Below, one piece after another: positions 47,445 to 55,069 of a stretch of DNA of 55,069 nucleotides (its first letter is position 1; each line of letters begins with the position of its first letter). The stretch comes from Actinomycetes bacterium. GTDB taxonomy: Bacteria > Actinomycetota > Actinomycetes > Nanopelagicales > Nanopelagicaceae. The notes beneath the pieces were generated by a model. The model did not search any database. It was not told where the DNA came from and saw only the letters and a program-made list of their open reading frames with translations. Where the stretch lies: the NCBI GenBank assembly GCA_037138535.1, contig JBAXIG010000001.1, positions 1-55,069 on the forward strand, given 5' to 3'. The position numbers were made by a program, and so were the translations under genes.

Positions 47445-48638
47445 TTACTTGAGAACCTTCGTGACACGACCTGCACCCACGGTGCGGCCACCTTCGCGGA
47501 TTGCGAAGCGAAGTCCTTCTTCCATAGCGATTGGCTGGATGAGTGCAACATTCATCTCAGTGTTATCGCCAGGCATCACCATTTCGGTGCCGGAAGGCAA
47601 CGTAACGACGCCAGTGACGTCAGTGGTGCGGAAGTAGAACTGTGGACGATAGTTGTCGAAGAACGGGGTGTGACGTCCACCTTCATCCTTGGAAAGGATG
47701 TAGACGTTAGCCTCGAAATCGGTGTGAGGAGTGATCGAGCCAGGCTTGACAACAACCATGCCGCGCTCAACATCTTCACGCTTGGTTCCACGGAGAAGGA
47801 GACCGACGTTCTCACCGGCGCGACCTTCGTCGAGGAGCTTGCGGAACATTTCGACACCAGTGACGGTGGTCTTCTGTGAAGTCTCGCGGATACCCACGAT
47901 TTCAACTTCTTCGTTGACCTTGACGATGCCACGCTCGATGCGACCCGTGATAACGGTTCCGCGACCAGTGATGGTGAATACGTCTTCAACTGGCATAAGG
48001 AATGCCTTGTCAATCTCGCGAGTGGGCTCTGGGATAGAGGCATCCACCGCGTCCATAAGACCCAAGAGTGCCTCGGCCCACTTGGCATCGCCTTCAAGCG
48101 CCTTGAGCGCAGAAACGCGAACGACCGGGAGGTCATCGCCAGGGAACTCGTACTTGCTGAGGAGTTCACGAACTTCCATCTCGACAAGCTCGAGGATTTC
48201 CTCATCATCGACCATGTCGGACTTGTTGAGTGCGACAACGATGTAAGGAACGCCTACTTGGCGAGCAAGGAGAACGTGCTCCTTGGTCTGTGGCATGGGA
48301 CCGTCAGTGGCGGCAACCACGAGGATTGCACCGTCCATCTGTGCGGCACCAGTAATCATGTTCTTGATGTAGTCAGCGTGACCAGGGCAGTCGACGTGCG
48401 CGTAGTGGCGCTTCTCTGTCTGGTACTCGATATGCGCGATCGAAATCGTGATACCGCGTTGACGCTCTTCAGGGGCCTTATCGATTTGATCGAATGGCGT
48501 GAAGGGGTTGACGTCTGGGAACTTGTCGTGAAGCACTTTGGAGATCGCTGCGGTAAGAGTGGTCTTACCGTGATCGATGTGTCCAATGGTGCCGATATTC
48601 ACGTGCGGCTTTGTCCGCTCGAACTTTGCCTTTGCCAC
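47445..48638 (-). CDS. tuf: Elongation factor Tu
   Basis: 397-aa [35 protein letters not shown]. Confidence 0.99.
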   Translation of the reverse strand: MAKAKFERTKPHVNIGTIGHIDHGKTTLTAAISKVLHDKFPDVNPFTPFDQIDKAPEERQRGITISIAHIEYQTEKRHYAHVDCPGHADYIKNMITGAAQMDGAILVVAATDGPMPQTKEHVLLARQVGVPYIVVALNKSDMVDDEEILELVEMEVRELLSKYEFPGDDLPVVRVSALKALEGDAKWAEALLGLMDAVDASIPEPTREIDKAFLMPVEDVFTITGRGTVITGRIERGIVKVNEEVEIVGIRETSQKTTVTGVEMFRKLLDEGRAGENVGLLLRGTKREDVERGMVVVKPGSITPHTDFEANVYILSKDEGGRHTPFFDNYRPQFYFRTTDVTGVVTLPSGTEMVMPGDNTEMNVALIQPIAMEEGLRFAIREGGRTVGAGRVTKVLK

Positions 48639-48701
48639 GATGGCCCTCCTGTGATCTGGTTTACGCTGCTGTTGGGATGTGCCGGGTTTGTAGAGCTGGA
48701 C

Positions 48702-50804
48702 TTACTCGCCGCGAACTTTGGCGATGATGTCCTTTGACACGTTTGCCGGAACTTCTGCATACGAGTCGAATTGCATTGAGTAACTTGCTCGACCTTGGGT
48801 ACGGCTACGTAGATCTCCGACATAGCCGAACATCTCCGAGAGTGGAACCAAGGCTTTAACAACTCGGGCACCAGCCCGCTCGTCCATAGACAGAATTTGT
48901 CCACGGCGAGAGTTGATATCGCCAATCACATCACCCATGAAGTCCTCAGGGGTGATGACCTCAACGCTCATGATGGGTTCAAGGAGCGCAGGATCGGCCA
49001 TGCGTACTGCCTCTTTGAACGCTTGAAGTCCAGCGATCTTGAAGGCAAGTTCAGAAGAGTCAACATCGTGGTAGGCACCATCAAGAAGGGTGACCTTGAC
49101 ATTGACGAGTGGGTAGCCAGCAAGTGGTCCTGAACTGAGGCCATCTTGGCAACCAGCATCAACTGATGGGATGTATTCACGAGGGATACGTCCACCAGTG
49201 ACCTTATTGTCGAATTCATAAGCGACCGGGCTATCAGCTGGAAGCGGATGAACTGAGATTTGCACCTTCGCGAATTGACCAGAACCACCGGTCTGCTTCT
49301 TATGGGTGTAATCGTGCTTCTCAACTGCACGACGAAGAGTTTCGCGGTAAGCAACCTGTGGCTTACCAACGTTTGCTTCTACCTTGAATTCGCGACGCAT
49401 GCGGTCGACAAGAATTTCTAGGTGAAGCTCGCCCATGCCACCGATGATGGTTTGGCCAGTCTCGATGTCGGTGTAAACGTGGAAGGTGGGATCTTCTTCC
49501 GCAAGGCTTTGGATTGCAGTTCCAAGCTTTTCTTGATCGCTCTTGGTCTTTGGCTCGATAGCCACCGAGATAACTGGGTTCGGGAAGGTCATCGATTCAA
49601 GTACTACTGGATTGGCAGAATCACAGAGGGTTTCACCGGTGGTGGTGTCCTTGAGACCCATCACAGCAACGATCATGCCGGCACCTGCAGTGTCACGTTC
49701 CTCACGCTTGTTTGCGTGCATCTGGTAGATCTTGCCGATGCGCTCTTTGCGATCCTTCGTGCTGTTAAGAACTTGTGAACCTGTCTCAAGAAGACCTGAG
49801 TAGATACGGATAAAGGTGAGCTTTCCAAGGTGTGGATCTCTCATAATTTTGAAAGCAAGCGCAGAGAACGGTTCTTTGTTATCTGGGTGACGGAGAACTT
49901 CAACGCTCTCGTCTCCTTGCTTGTGTCCGACGATCGATTCTACGTCGAGCGGGCTTGGAAGATAACGGTTCACTGCATCGAGCATGGGTTGCACACCCTT
50001 GTTCTTAAATGCAGAACCGGTGAGCACTGGGGTGAGCTTGTCAGCGAGAGTCGCGCGACGAATTCCTGCGATGAGTTCTTCTTCTGAAAGTTCTTTGCCG
50101 TCGAGGTACTTCTCCATGATCTCGTCGTCTTTGTCAGCGAGAGTCTCAATGAGCAAGTGGCGTGCCGCATCTGCGGCCTCTTTGAGATCCGCAGGAATCT
50201 CTTCAATGGTGAAATCCTCGCCCTTTTGGGTTTCTCCGCGCCAGGTGAGTGCGTTCATTGCGAGCAAATCGATCACTCCGATGAAGTCGCCTTCGTTGCC
50301 GATCGGGAGTTGCAGAACTAGTGGAGTCGCATTGAGGCGAGAAATAATCATGTCGACGCACATTTGGAAGTTTGCTCCGGTGCGATCGAGCTTGTTGATG
50401 AAGCAGATGCGTGGAACCTTGTAGCGATCCGCTTGGCGCCATACGGTCTCAGATTGTGGCTCTACGCCAGCGACGCCATCGAATACTGCAACAGCGCCGT
50501 CGAGCACGCGAAGTGAGCGTTCTACTTCAACGGTGAAATCTACGTGTCCAGGTGTGTCGATAATGTTGATGAGGTGGTCGTGCCACATGCAAGTGGTCGC
50601 AGCAGAGGTGATCGTGATGCCACGCTCTTGCTCTTGCTCCATCCAGTCCATCGTGGCAGCGCCTTCGTGAACTTCACCGATCTTGTAGTTGATACCGGTG
50701 TAGAACAAGATGCGCTCTGTCGTGGTGGTTTTGCCCGCGTCGATATGAGCCATGATGCCGATGTTGCGCACCTTGGCGAGGTCGATTGCGGTTTCTGTAG
50801 CCAC
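48702..50804 (-). CDS. fusA: Elongation factor G
   Basis: 700-aa [28 protein letters not shown]. Confidence 0.99.
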   Translation of the reverse strand: MATETAIDLAKVRNIGIMAHIDAGKTTTTERILFYTGINYKIGEVHEGAATMDWMEQEQERGITITSAATTCMWHDHLINIIDTPGHVDFTVEVERSLRVLDGAVAVFDGVAGVEPQSETVWRQADRYKVPRICFINKLDRTGANFQMCVDMIISRLNATPLVLQLPIGNEGDFIGVIDLLAMNALTWRGETQKGEDFTIEEIPADLKEAADAARHLLIETLADKDDEIMEKYLDGKELSEEELIAGIRRATLADKLTPVLTGSAFKNKGVQPMLDAVNRYLPSPLDVESIVGHKQGDESVEVLRHPDNKEPFSALAFKIMRDPHLGKLTFIRIYSGLLETGSQVLNSTKDRKERIGKIYQMHANKREERDTAGAGMIVAVMGLKDTTTGETLCDSANPVVLESMTFPNPVISVAIEPKTKSDQEKLGTAIQSLAEEDPTFHVYTDIETGQTIIGGMGELHLEILVDRMRREFKVEANVGKPQVAYRETLRRAVEKHDYTHKKQTGGSGQFAKVQISVHPLPADSPVAYEFDNKVTGGRIPREYIPSVDAGCQDGLSSGPLAGYPLVNVKVTLLDGAYHDVDSSELAFKIAGLQAFKEAVRMADPALLEPIMSVEVITPEDFMGDVIGDINSRRGQILSMDERAGARVVKALVPLSEMFGYVGDLRSRTQGRASYSMQFDSYAEVPANVSKDIIAKVRGE

Positions 50805-50826
50805 GATTTATCTCCTAATTTCCGAA

Positions 50827-51297
50827 TTACCAGCGGTAGTGAGCGAAGGCCTTGTTGGACTCCGCCATCTTGTGGGTGTCTTCACGGCGCTTCACCGAAG
50901 CACCGAGGCCATTGCTGGCATCAATTAATTCGTTCATCAGACGCTCGGCCATGGACTTCTCGCGGCGCTCGCGTGAGAAGTGCACCAACCAGCGAAGAGC
51001 AAGTGTGCTTGAACGAGCAGGCTTTACTTCGACAGGAACCTGGTAGGTAGCGCCACCCACGCGACGACTACGAACTTCGAGAGCTGGCTTCACATTGTCG
51101 AGTGCGCGCTTGAGAGTGATTACCGGATCGGCACCAGTCTTCTCGCGGCAACCCTCGAGAGCGGTGTACACAATGCGCTCTGCAGAAGAGCGCTTTCCAT
51201 GAAGAAGAACTTTGTTGACGAGAGCAGTAACAACTGGTGAGTTGTACACCGGGTCGATAACAACTGGGTTCTTCGCGGCAGGTCCTTTACGTGGCAT
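50827..51297 (-). CDS. rpsG: 30S ribosomal protein S7
   Basis: [24 protein letters not shown]-terminus. C-terminus AHYRW. Confidence 0.98.
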   Translation of the reverse strand: MPRKGPAAKNPVVIDPVYNSPVVTALVNKVLLHGKRSSAERIVYTALEGCREKTGADPVITLKRALDNVKPALEVRSRRVGGATYQVPVEVKPARSSTLALRWLVHFSRERREKSMAERLMNELIDASNGLGASVKRREDTHKMAESNKAFAHYRW

Positions 51298-51674
51298 TAG
51301 GCCTTCTTCTCCCTCTTTGCACCGTAACGGCTACGCGACTGCTTACGGTTCTTCACACCTTGGGTATCGAGTGATCCACGGACGATCTTGTAACGAACGC
51401 CGGGAAGATCCTTCACACGACCACCACGAACAAGGACGATGGAGTGCTCTTGAAGGTTATGTCCGACGCCGGGGATATATGCCGTTATTTCCATGCCGCT
51501 GGTGAGACGCACACGAGCCACTTTGCGAAGCGCCGAGTTCGGCTTCTTCGGAGTGGTTGTGTAGACGCGCGTGCATACGCCACGTCGTTGAGGGCTACCT
51601 TTAAGCGCAGGAGTCTTGGTCTTACTCGACTTGTCTGCGCGGCCCTTGCGAACCAGCTGCGAGATAGTTGGCAC
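51297..51674 (-). CDS. rpsL: 30S ribosomal protein S12
   Basis: A GTG start at 51674 gives (M)[11 protein letters not shown]... (125 codons), preceded by GAAGGAG. The ORF-track extension to 51755 is not S12-like. Confidence 0.96.
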   Translation of the reverse strand: MPTISQLVRKGRADKSSKTKTPALKGSPQRRGVCTRVYTTTPKKPNSALRKVARVRLTSGMEITAYIPGVGHNLQEHSIVLVRGGRVKDLPGVRYKIVRGSLDTQGVKNRKQSRSRYGAKREKKA

Positions 51675-51822
51675 TATCACTCCTTCGTGTCGGAACTGCT
51701 CTTTACTATTACTTCGCCTACCCCCGCGGTCGGGTGTGTCGCACGCTCTCCGCAAAGGCGCAATCTCTCTTTAGATCGATTGCCCTGCTACCCCACATGT
51801 GAGCAGCAGCCGCAGGCTAGCC

Positions 51823-51861
51823 GAGCCGACTTCCCGAGGTCAAAACTCGGTGAGTCGGCTC
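51823..51861 (-). terminator. Compound hairpin after rpoC (9-bp outer and 5-bp inner stems, no U-tract)
   Basis: GAGCCGACT-TC-CCGAG-GTCAAAA-CTCGG-TG-AGTCGGCTC. It starts 50 nt downstream of the rpoC stop on the minus strand. Confidence 0.55.
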
Positions 51862-51910
51862 AGCAGGCCTTCCTGAAACTTGCTGAGAAAATTGCCGAAA
51901 CTTGCTCGAC

Positions 51911-54900
51911 TTACCCGCGGAATTCGAACTCGTCGAGGCGGACAGCCTCACCCGAGCCAGACCCAAAGGCGTTGTAGTCGTAATCGTCATAGGTGGCCAT
52001 GGAGTAGACCGCCGCCTTCGCCTCTTCGGTCGGTTCGACCTTAATGTTGCGATAACGGGGCAAACCGGTACCAGCCGGGATCAACTTACCGATAATGACG
52101 TTCTCCTTGAGGCCGAGGAGCGGATCGCTCTTAGCGCCGAGGGCGGCATCAGTCAGGACTCGCGTGGTCTCCTGGAAGGAGGCGGCAGAGAGCCATGATT
52201 CGGTGGCCAAGGAGGCCTTGGTGATACCCATGAGTTCGGGGCGACCCGATGCTGGGGTGCCGCCGGCAGCTACTACGCGACGGTTCTCGGTCTCGAAGTT
52301 GGCGCGGTCGACGAGCTCTCCTGGAAGAAGATTCGCCTCCCCCGACTCGATGACCGTGACGCGCTTGAGCATCTGACGGACGATGACCTCGATGTGCTTA
52401 TCGTGGATCGATACACCCTGTGAGCGGTAGACCTCTTGCACCTCTTGAACGAGGTGCTTCTGGACTTCGCGTGGGCCGAGGATGCGCAAGACCTGCTTGG
52501 GATCGATAGCACCGACCACCAACTTCTGGCCGACGATGACATGGTCACCTTCTCCGACGATGAGACGTTGACGCTTTGAGACTGGGTAAGCAATCTCTTC
52601 ACTGCCATCATCTGGAACGACCACGATCTTGCGGAGCTTGTCAGTGTCTTCGATCTTGATGCGACCTGCAGCCTCAGAGATCGGAGCCACACCCTTGGGA
52701 GTGCGTGCTTCGAAGAGCTCGACGATACGTGGCAGACCGTGCGTGATATCTCCACCGGTATCAACACCACCGGTGTGGAAGGTACGCATGGTGAGCTGAG
52801 TTCCGGGCTCGCCGATTGATTGCGCAGCGATGATGCCAACAGCCTCGCCGACATCGACGCGCTTGCCAGCAGCAAGTGAGCGACCGTAACAAGCAGCACA
52901 ACTACCGATTTTGGCATCGCACGTGAGTACCGAACGAACGCGTATTTCGTGCACGCCTCCGGCGATCAACGCATCGATTACTACGTCACCCAAGTCAGTA
53001 TCAGCAGTTGCCACGGTAGTGCCGTTAACAACAACATCCTCTGCAAGTGTGCGCGAGTAAACCGCAGTTTCAACGTGCTCGAGTTTGGTCAACTTGCCAT
53101 TGATCTCTTCAGCGATAGCGATTGGGAGCGAACGATCTGTTCCACAATCTTCTTCGCGGATGATGACGTCTTGGGAGACGTCAACGAGACGACGGGTGAG
53201 GTAACCAGAATCTGCCGTACGAAGTGCAGTATCTGCCAGACCTTTACGAGCGCCGTGTGTTGAGATGAAGTACTCAAGTACCGAGAGACCTTCACGGAAG
53301 TTGGACTTGATGGGGCGAGGAATAATTTCACCCTTAGGGTTTGCTACCAGACCGCGCATACCGGCGATCTGACGCACCTGCATCATATTTCCGCGGGCAC
53401 CTGAATAAACCATCATCCAGACCGGGTTAGTACGAGGGAAGTTATCTTCCATCTCCTTCGCGACTTCGCTGGTGGCTTGAGTCCAGATCTCAATGAGTTC
53501 TTGACGGCGCTCATCGTCTGTGATGAGGCCCTTCTCGTATTGAGATTGCACCTTCTCTGCGCGAGTTTCGTAAGCCTCGAGAATTTCGAGCTTGCGAGGT
53601 GGCGTCACAACATCTTCGATGCTGATCGTGACACCGGCGCGAGTTGCCCAGTAGAAACCGGCTGACTTAAGTGCATCCAAAGTTTGAGCAACAACAACCT
53701 TGGGGTAGCGCTCAGCAAGATCGTTCACAATGGCACCAAGATGTTTTTTGGTGATGTCGTAATCGACGAATGGATAGTCAGATGGCAGAGTCTCATTGAA
53801 GAGCACGCGACCAAGTGTGGTTTCGAGAGTAAATGCTTCGCCTGCTTCGTAACCTTCTGGAGCAACCCAACCCTTTGGTGGCACAGTGCCTGGGGCGGTG
53901 CGAATCTTGATCTGCGCCTGCAAGTGCAGTGAACCAAGATCGAAGGACATCAAAGCCTCTGAAGTCGAAGAGAATGCGCGACCCTCCCCATTGAGAGCAG
54001 CATGCTTTGAAGTAAGGAAGTAGATACCAAGCACCATGTCTTGCGTAGGCGAAGTGATCGGGCGACCAGATGCCGGCGAAAGAATGTTGTTGCTTGAAAG
54101 CATCAAGATGCGAGCTTCAGCTTGCGCTTCAGCAGAGAGCGGAAGGTGAACTGCCATCTGATCGCCGTCGAAGTCTGCGTTGAATGCAGTACATACGAGC
54201 GGGTGAATCTGAATGGCCTTACCTTCAACCAGTTGTGGCTCGAACGCTTGAATACCAAGGCGGTGAAGCGTAGGTGCGCGGTTGAGCATCACTGGGTGCT
54301 CTGCAATGACTTCTTCGAGAACATCCCACACCACGGAGCGTGCGCGCTCGACCATACGCTTTGCAGACTTGATGTTCTGCGCATGATTGAGATCGACAAG
54401 ACGCTTCATGACGAATGGCTTGAAGAGTTCGAGAGCCATCTGCTTTGGCAGACCGCATTGGTGCAACTTGAGTTGCGGACCAACGACGATGACCGAACGA
54501 CCTGAATAATCGACGCGCTTTCCGAGCAAGTTCTGACGGAAGCGGCCTTGCTTACCCTTGAGCATGTCGGAGAGCGACTTCAACGGACGGTTTCCTGGGC
54601 CAGTAACTGGGCGGCCACGGCGACCATTGTCGAAGAGTGCATCGACTGCTTCTTGAAGCATGCGCTTCTCGTTATTCACGATGATCTCAGGAGCACCGAG
54701 ATCAAGAAGGCGCTTCAAACGGTTGTTGCGGTTGATGACGCGACGATAGAGATCGTTGAGATCTGAAGTCGCAAAGCGACCACCGTCGAGTTGCACCATC
54801 GGACGAAGATCCGGCGGAATAACTGGAACGCAATCAAGCACCATGCCATCAGGTGAATTTGTAGTGGTGAGGAAAGAGGAAACGACCTTAAGACGCTTGA

Positions 54901-55069
54901 GCGAACGGGTCTTCTTCTGTCCCTTGCCATTGCGAATTGAATCACGAAGCTTGACGGATTCGGCTTCAAGATCAAAAGAGCGAAGGCGGGACTGAATCGC
55001 AGCCGCACCCATGCCGCCCTTGAAGTACATGCCGAACCGATCGCGCATTTCGCGGTAGAGGTTCTCATC
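51911..55069 (-). CDS. rpoC: DNA-directed RNA polymerase subunit beta', partial (N-terminal part lies beyond the right edge)
   Basis: The open frame runs to the window edge (1053 codons). It contains the [12 protein letters not shown] catalytic motif and other conserved beta' blocks. Confidence 0.98.
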   Translation of the reverse strand, partial: DENLYREMRDRFGMYFKGGMGAAAIQSRLRSFDLEAESVKLRDSIRNGKGQKKTRSLKRLKVVSSFLTTTNSPDGMVLDCVPVIPPDLRPMVQLDGGRFATSDLNDLYRRVINRNNRLKRLLDLGAPEIIVNNEKRMLQEAVDALFDNGRRGRPVTGPGNRPLKSLSDMLKGKQGRFRQNLLGKRVDYSGRSVIVVGPQLKLHQCGLPKQMALELFKPFVMKRLVDLNHAQNIKSAKRMVERARSVVWDVLEEVIAEHPVMLNRAPTLHRLGIQAFEPQLVEGKAIQIHPLVCTAFNADFDGDQMAVHLPLSAEAQAEARILMLSSNNILSPASGRPITSPTQDMVLGIYFLTSKHAALNGEGRAFSSTSEALMSFDLGSLHLQAQIKIRTAPGTVPPKGWVAPEGYEAGEAFTLETTLGRVLFNETLPSDYPFVDYDITKKHLGAIVNDLAERYPKVVVAQTLDALKSAGFYWATRAGVTISIEDVVTPPRKLEILEAYETRAEKVQSQYEKGLITDDERRQELIEIWTQATSEVAKEMEDNFPRTNPVWMMVYSGARGNMMQVRQIAGMRGLVANPKGEIIPRPIKSNFREGLSVLEYFISTHGARKGLADTALRTADSGYLTRRLVDVSQDVIIREEDCGTDRSLPIAIAEEINGKLTKLEHVETAVYSRTLAEDVVVNGTTVATADTDLGDVVIDALIAGGVHEIRVRSVLTCDAKIGSCAACYGRSLAAGKRVDVGEAVGIIAAQSIGEPGTQLTMRTFHTGGVDTGGDITHGLPRIVELFEARTPKGVAPISEAAGRIKIEDTDKLRKIVVVPDDGSEEIAYPVSKRQRLIVGEGDHVIVGQKLVVGAIDPKQVLRILGPREVQKHLVQEVQEVYRSQGVSIHDKHIEVIVRQMLKRVTVIESGEANLLPGELVDRANFETENRRVVAAGGTPASGRPELMGITKASLATESWLSAASFQETTRVLTDAALGAKSDPLLGLKENVIIGKLIPAGTGLPRYRNIKVEPTEEAKAAVYSMATYDDYDYNAFGSGSGEAVRLDEFEFRG

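Noticed and set aside
47184-47879. 231-aa plus-strand ORF spanning the rpsJ 5' end, the tuf-rpsJ spacer and the tuf 3' end
   Set aside because: It is antisense to two highly conserved genes and crosses a strong hairpin. It has no RBS and no family resemblance.
1-55069. Search for tRNA or rRNA genes, CRISPR arrays, IS elements, integrases, toxin-antitoxin pairs or known defence genes
   Set aside because: No T-loop (GGTTCGAATCC-like) context was found outside a terminator stem. There are no spaced direct-repeat arrays. No ORF has transposase, integrase or nuclease hallmarks. Every spacer longer than 100 nt was inspected and none resembles these elements.

Overview
This 55-kb window comes from an Actinomycetota-type chromosome. 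Nearly every gene is on the minus strand. The right half (27.3-55.1 kb) is the conserved translation and transcription core: rpoC (partial), rpsL-rpsG-fusA-tuf, the S10 and spc operons, secY-adk-map, infA-rpmJ-rpsM-rpsK-rpsD-rpoA-rplQ-truA, and rplM-rpsI. The middle holds the conserved block glmM-glmS-PAP2-acpS-nnr-alr-(alpha/beta hydrolase) ... tsaE-tsaB-rimI-tsaD-groES-groEL. I see no rRNA, tRNA, CRISPR array, transposase or integrase. The accessory content sits in four places. (1) At the left end, a translationally coupled operon encodes three tandem DUF917 paralogs, a hydantoinase-A-like ATPase with no HyuB partner, and a SnoaL-like protein. It is transcribed divergently from mmsA and is my best candidate for an undescribed enzymatic system. 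(2) A Liv-type ABC importer plus a Tat-secreted alpha/beta hydrolase with a very large cap is inserted between alr and tsaE. (3) An ABC-F ATPase occupies the rplM/truA slot, and its start codon lies inside the truA 3' end. (4) A repeat-rich DUF4190 membrane protein is inserted in the opposite orientation between map and infA, with convergent overlapping stop codons. The window also carries an unusual number of perfect short tandem duplications at gene ends (10, 13, 15 and 32 bp units). Two ribosomal proteins (L17, S3) have low-complexity C-terminal extensions. All functional calls rest on motif recognition and synteny by eye. No database search was run.
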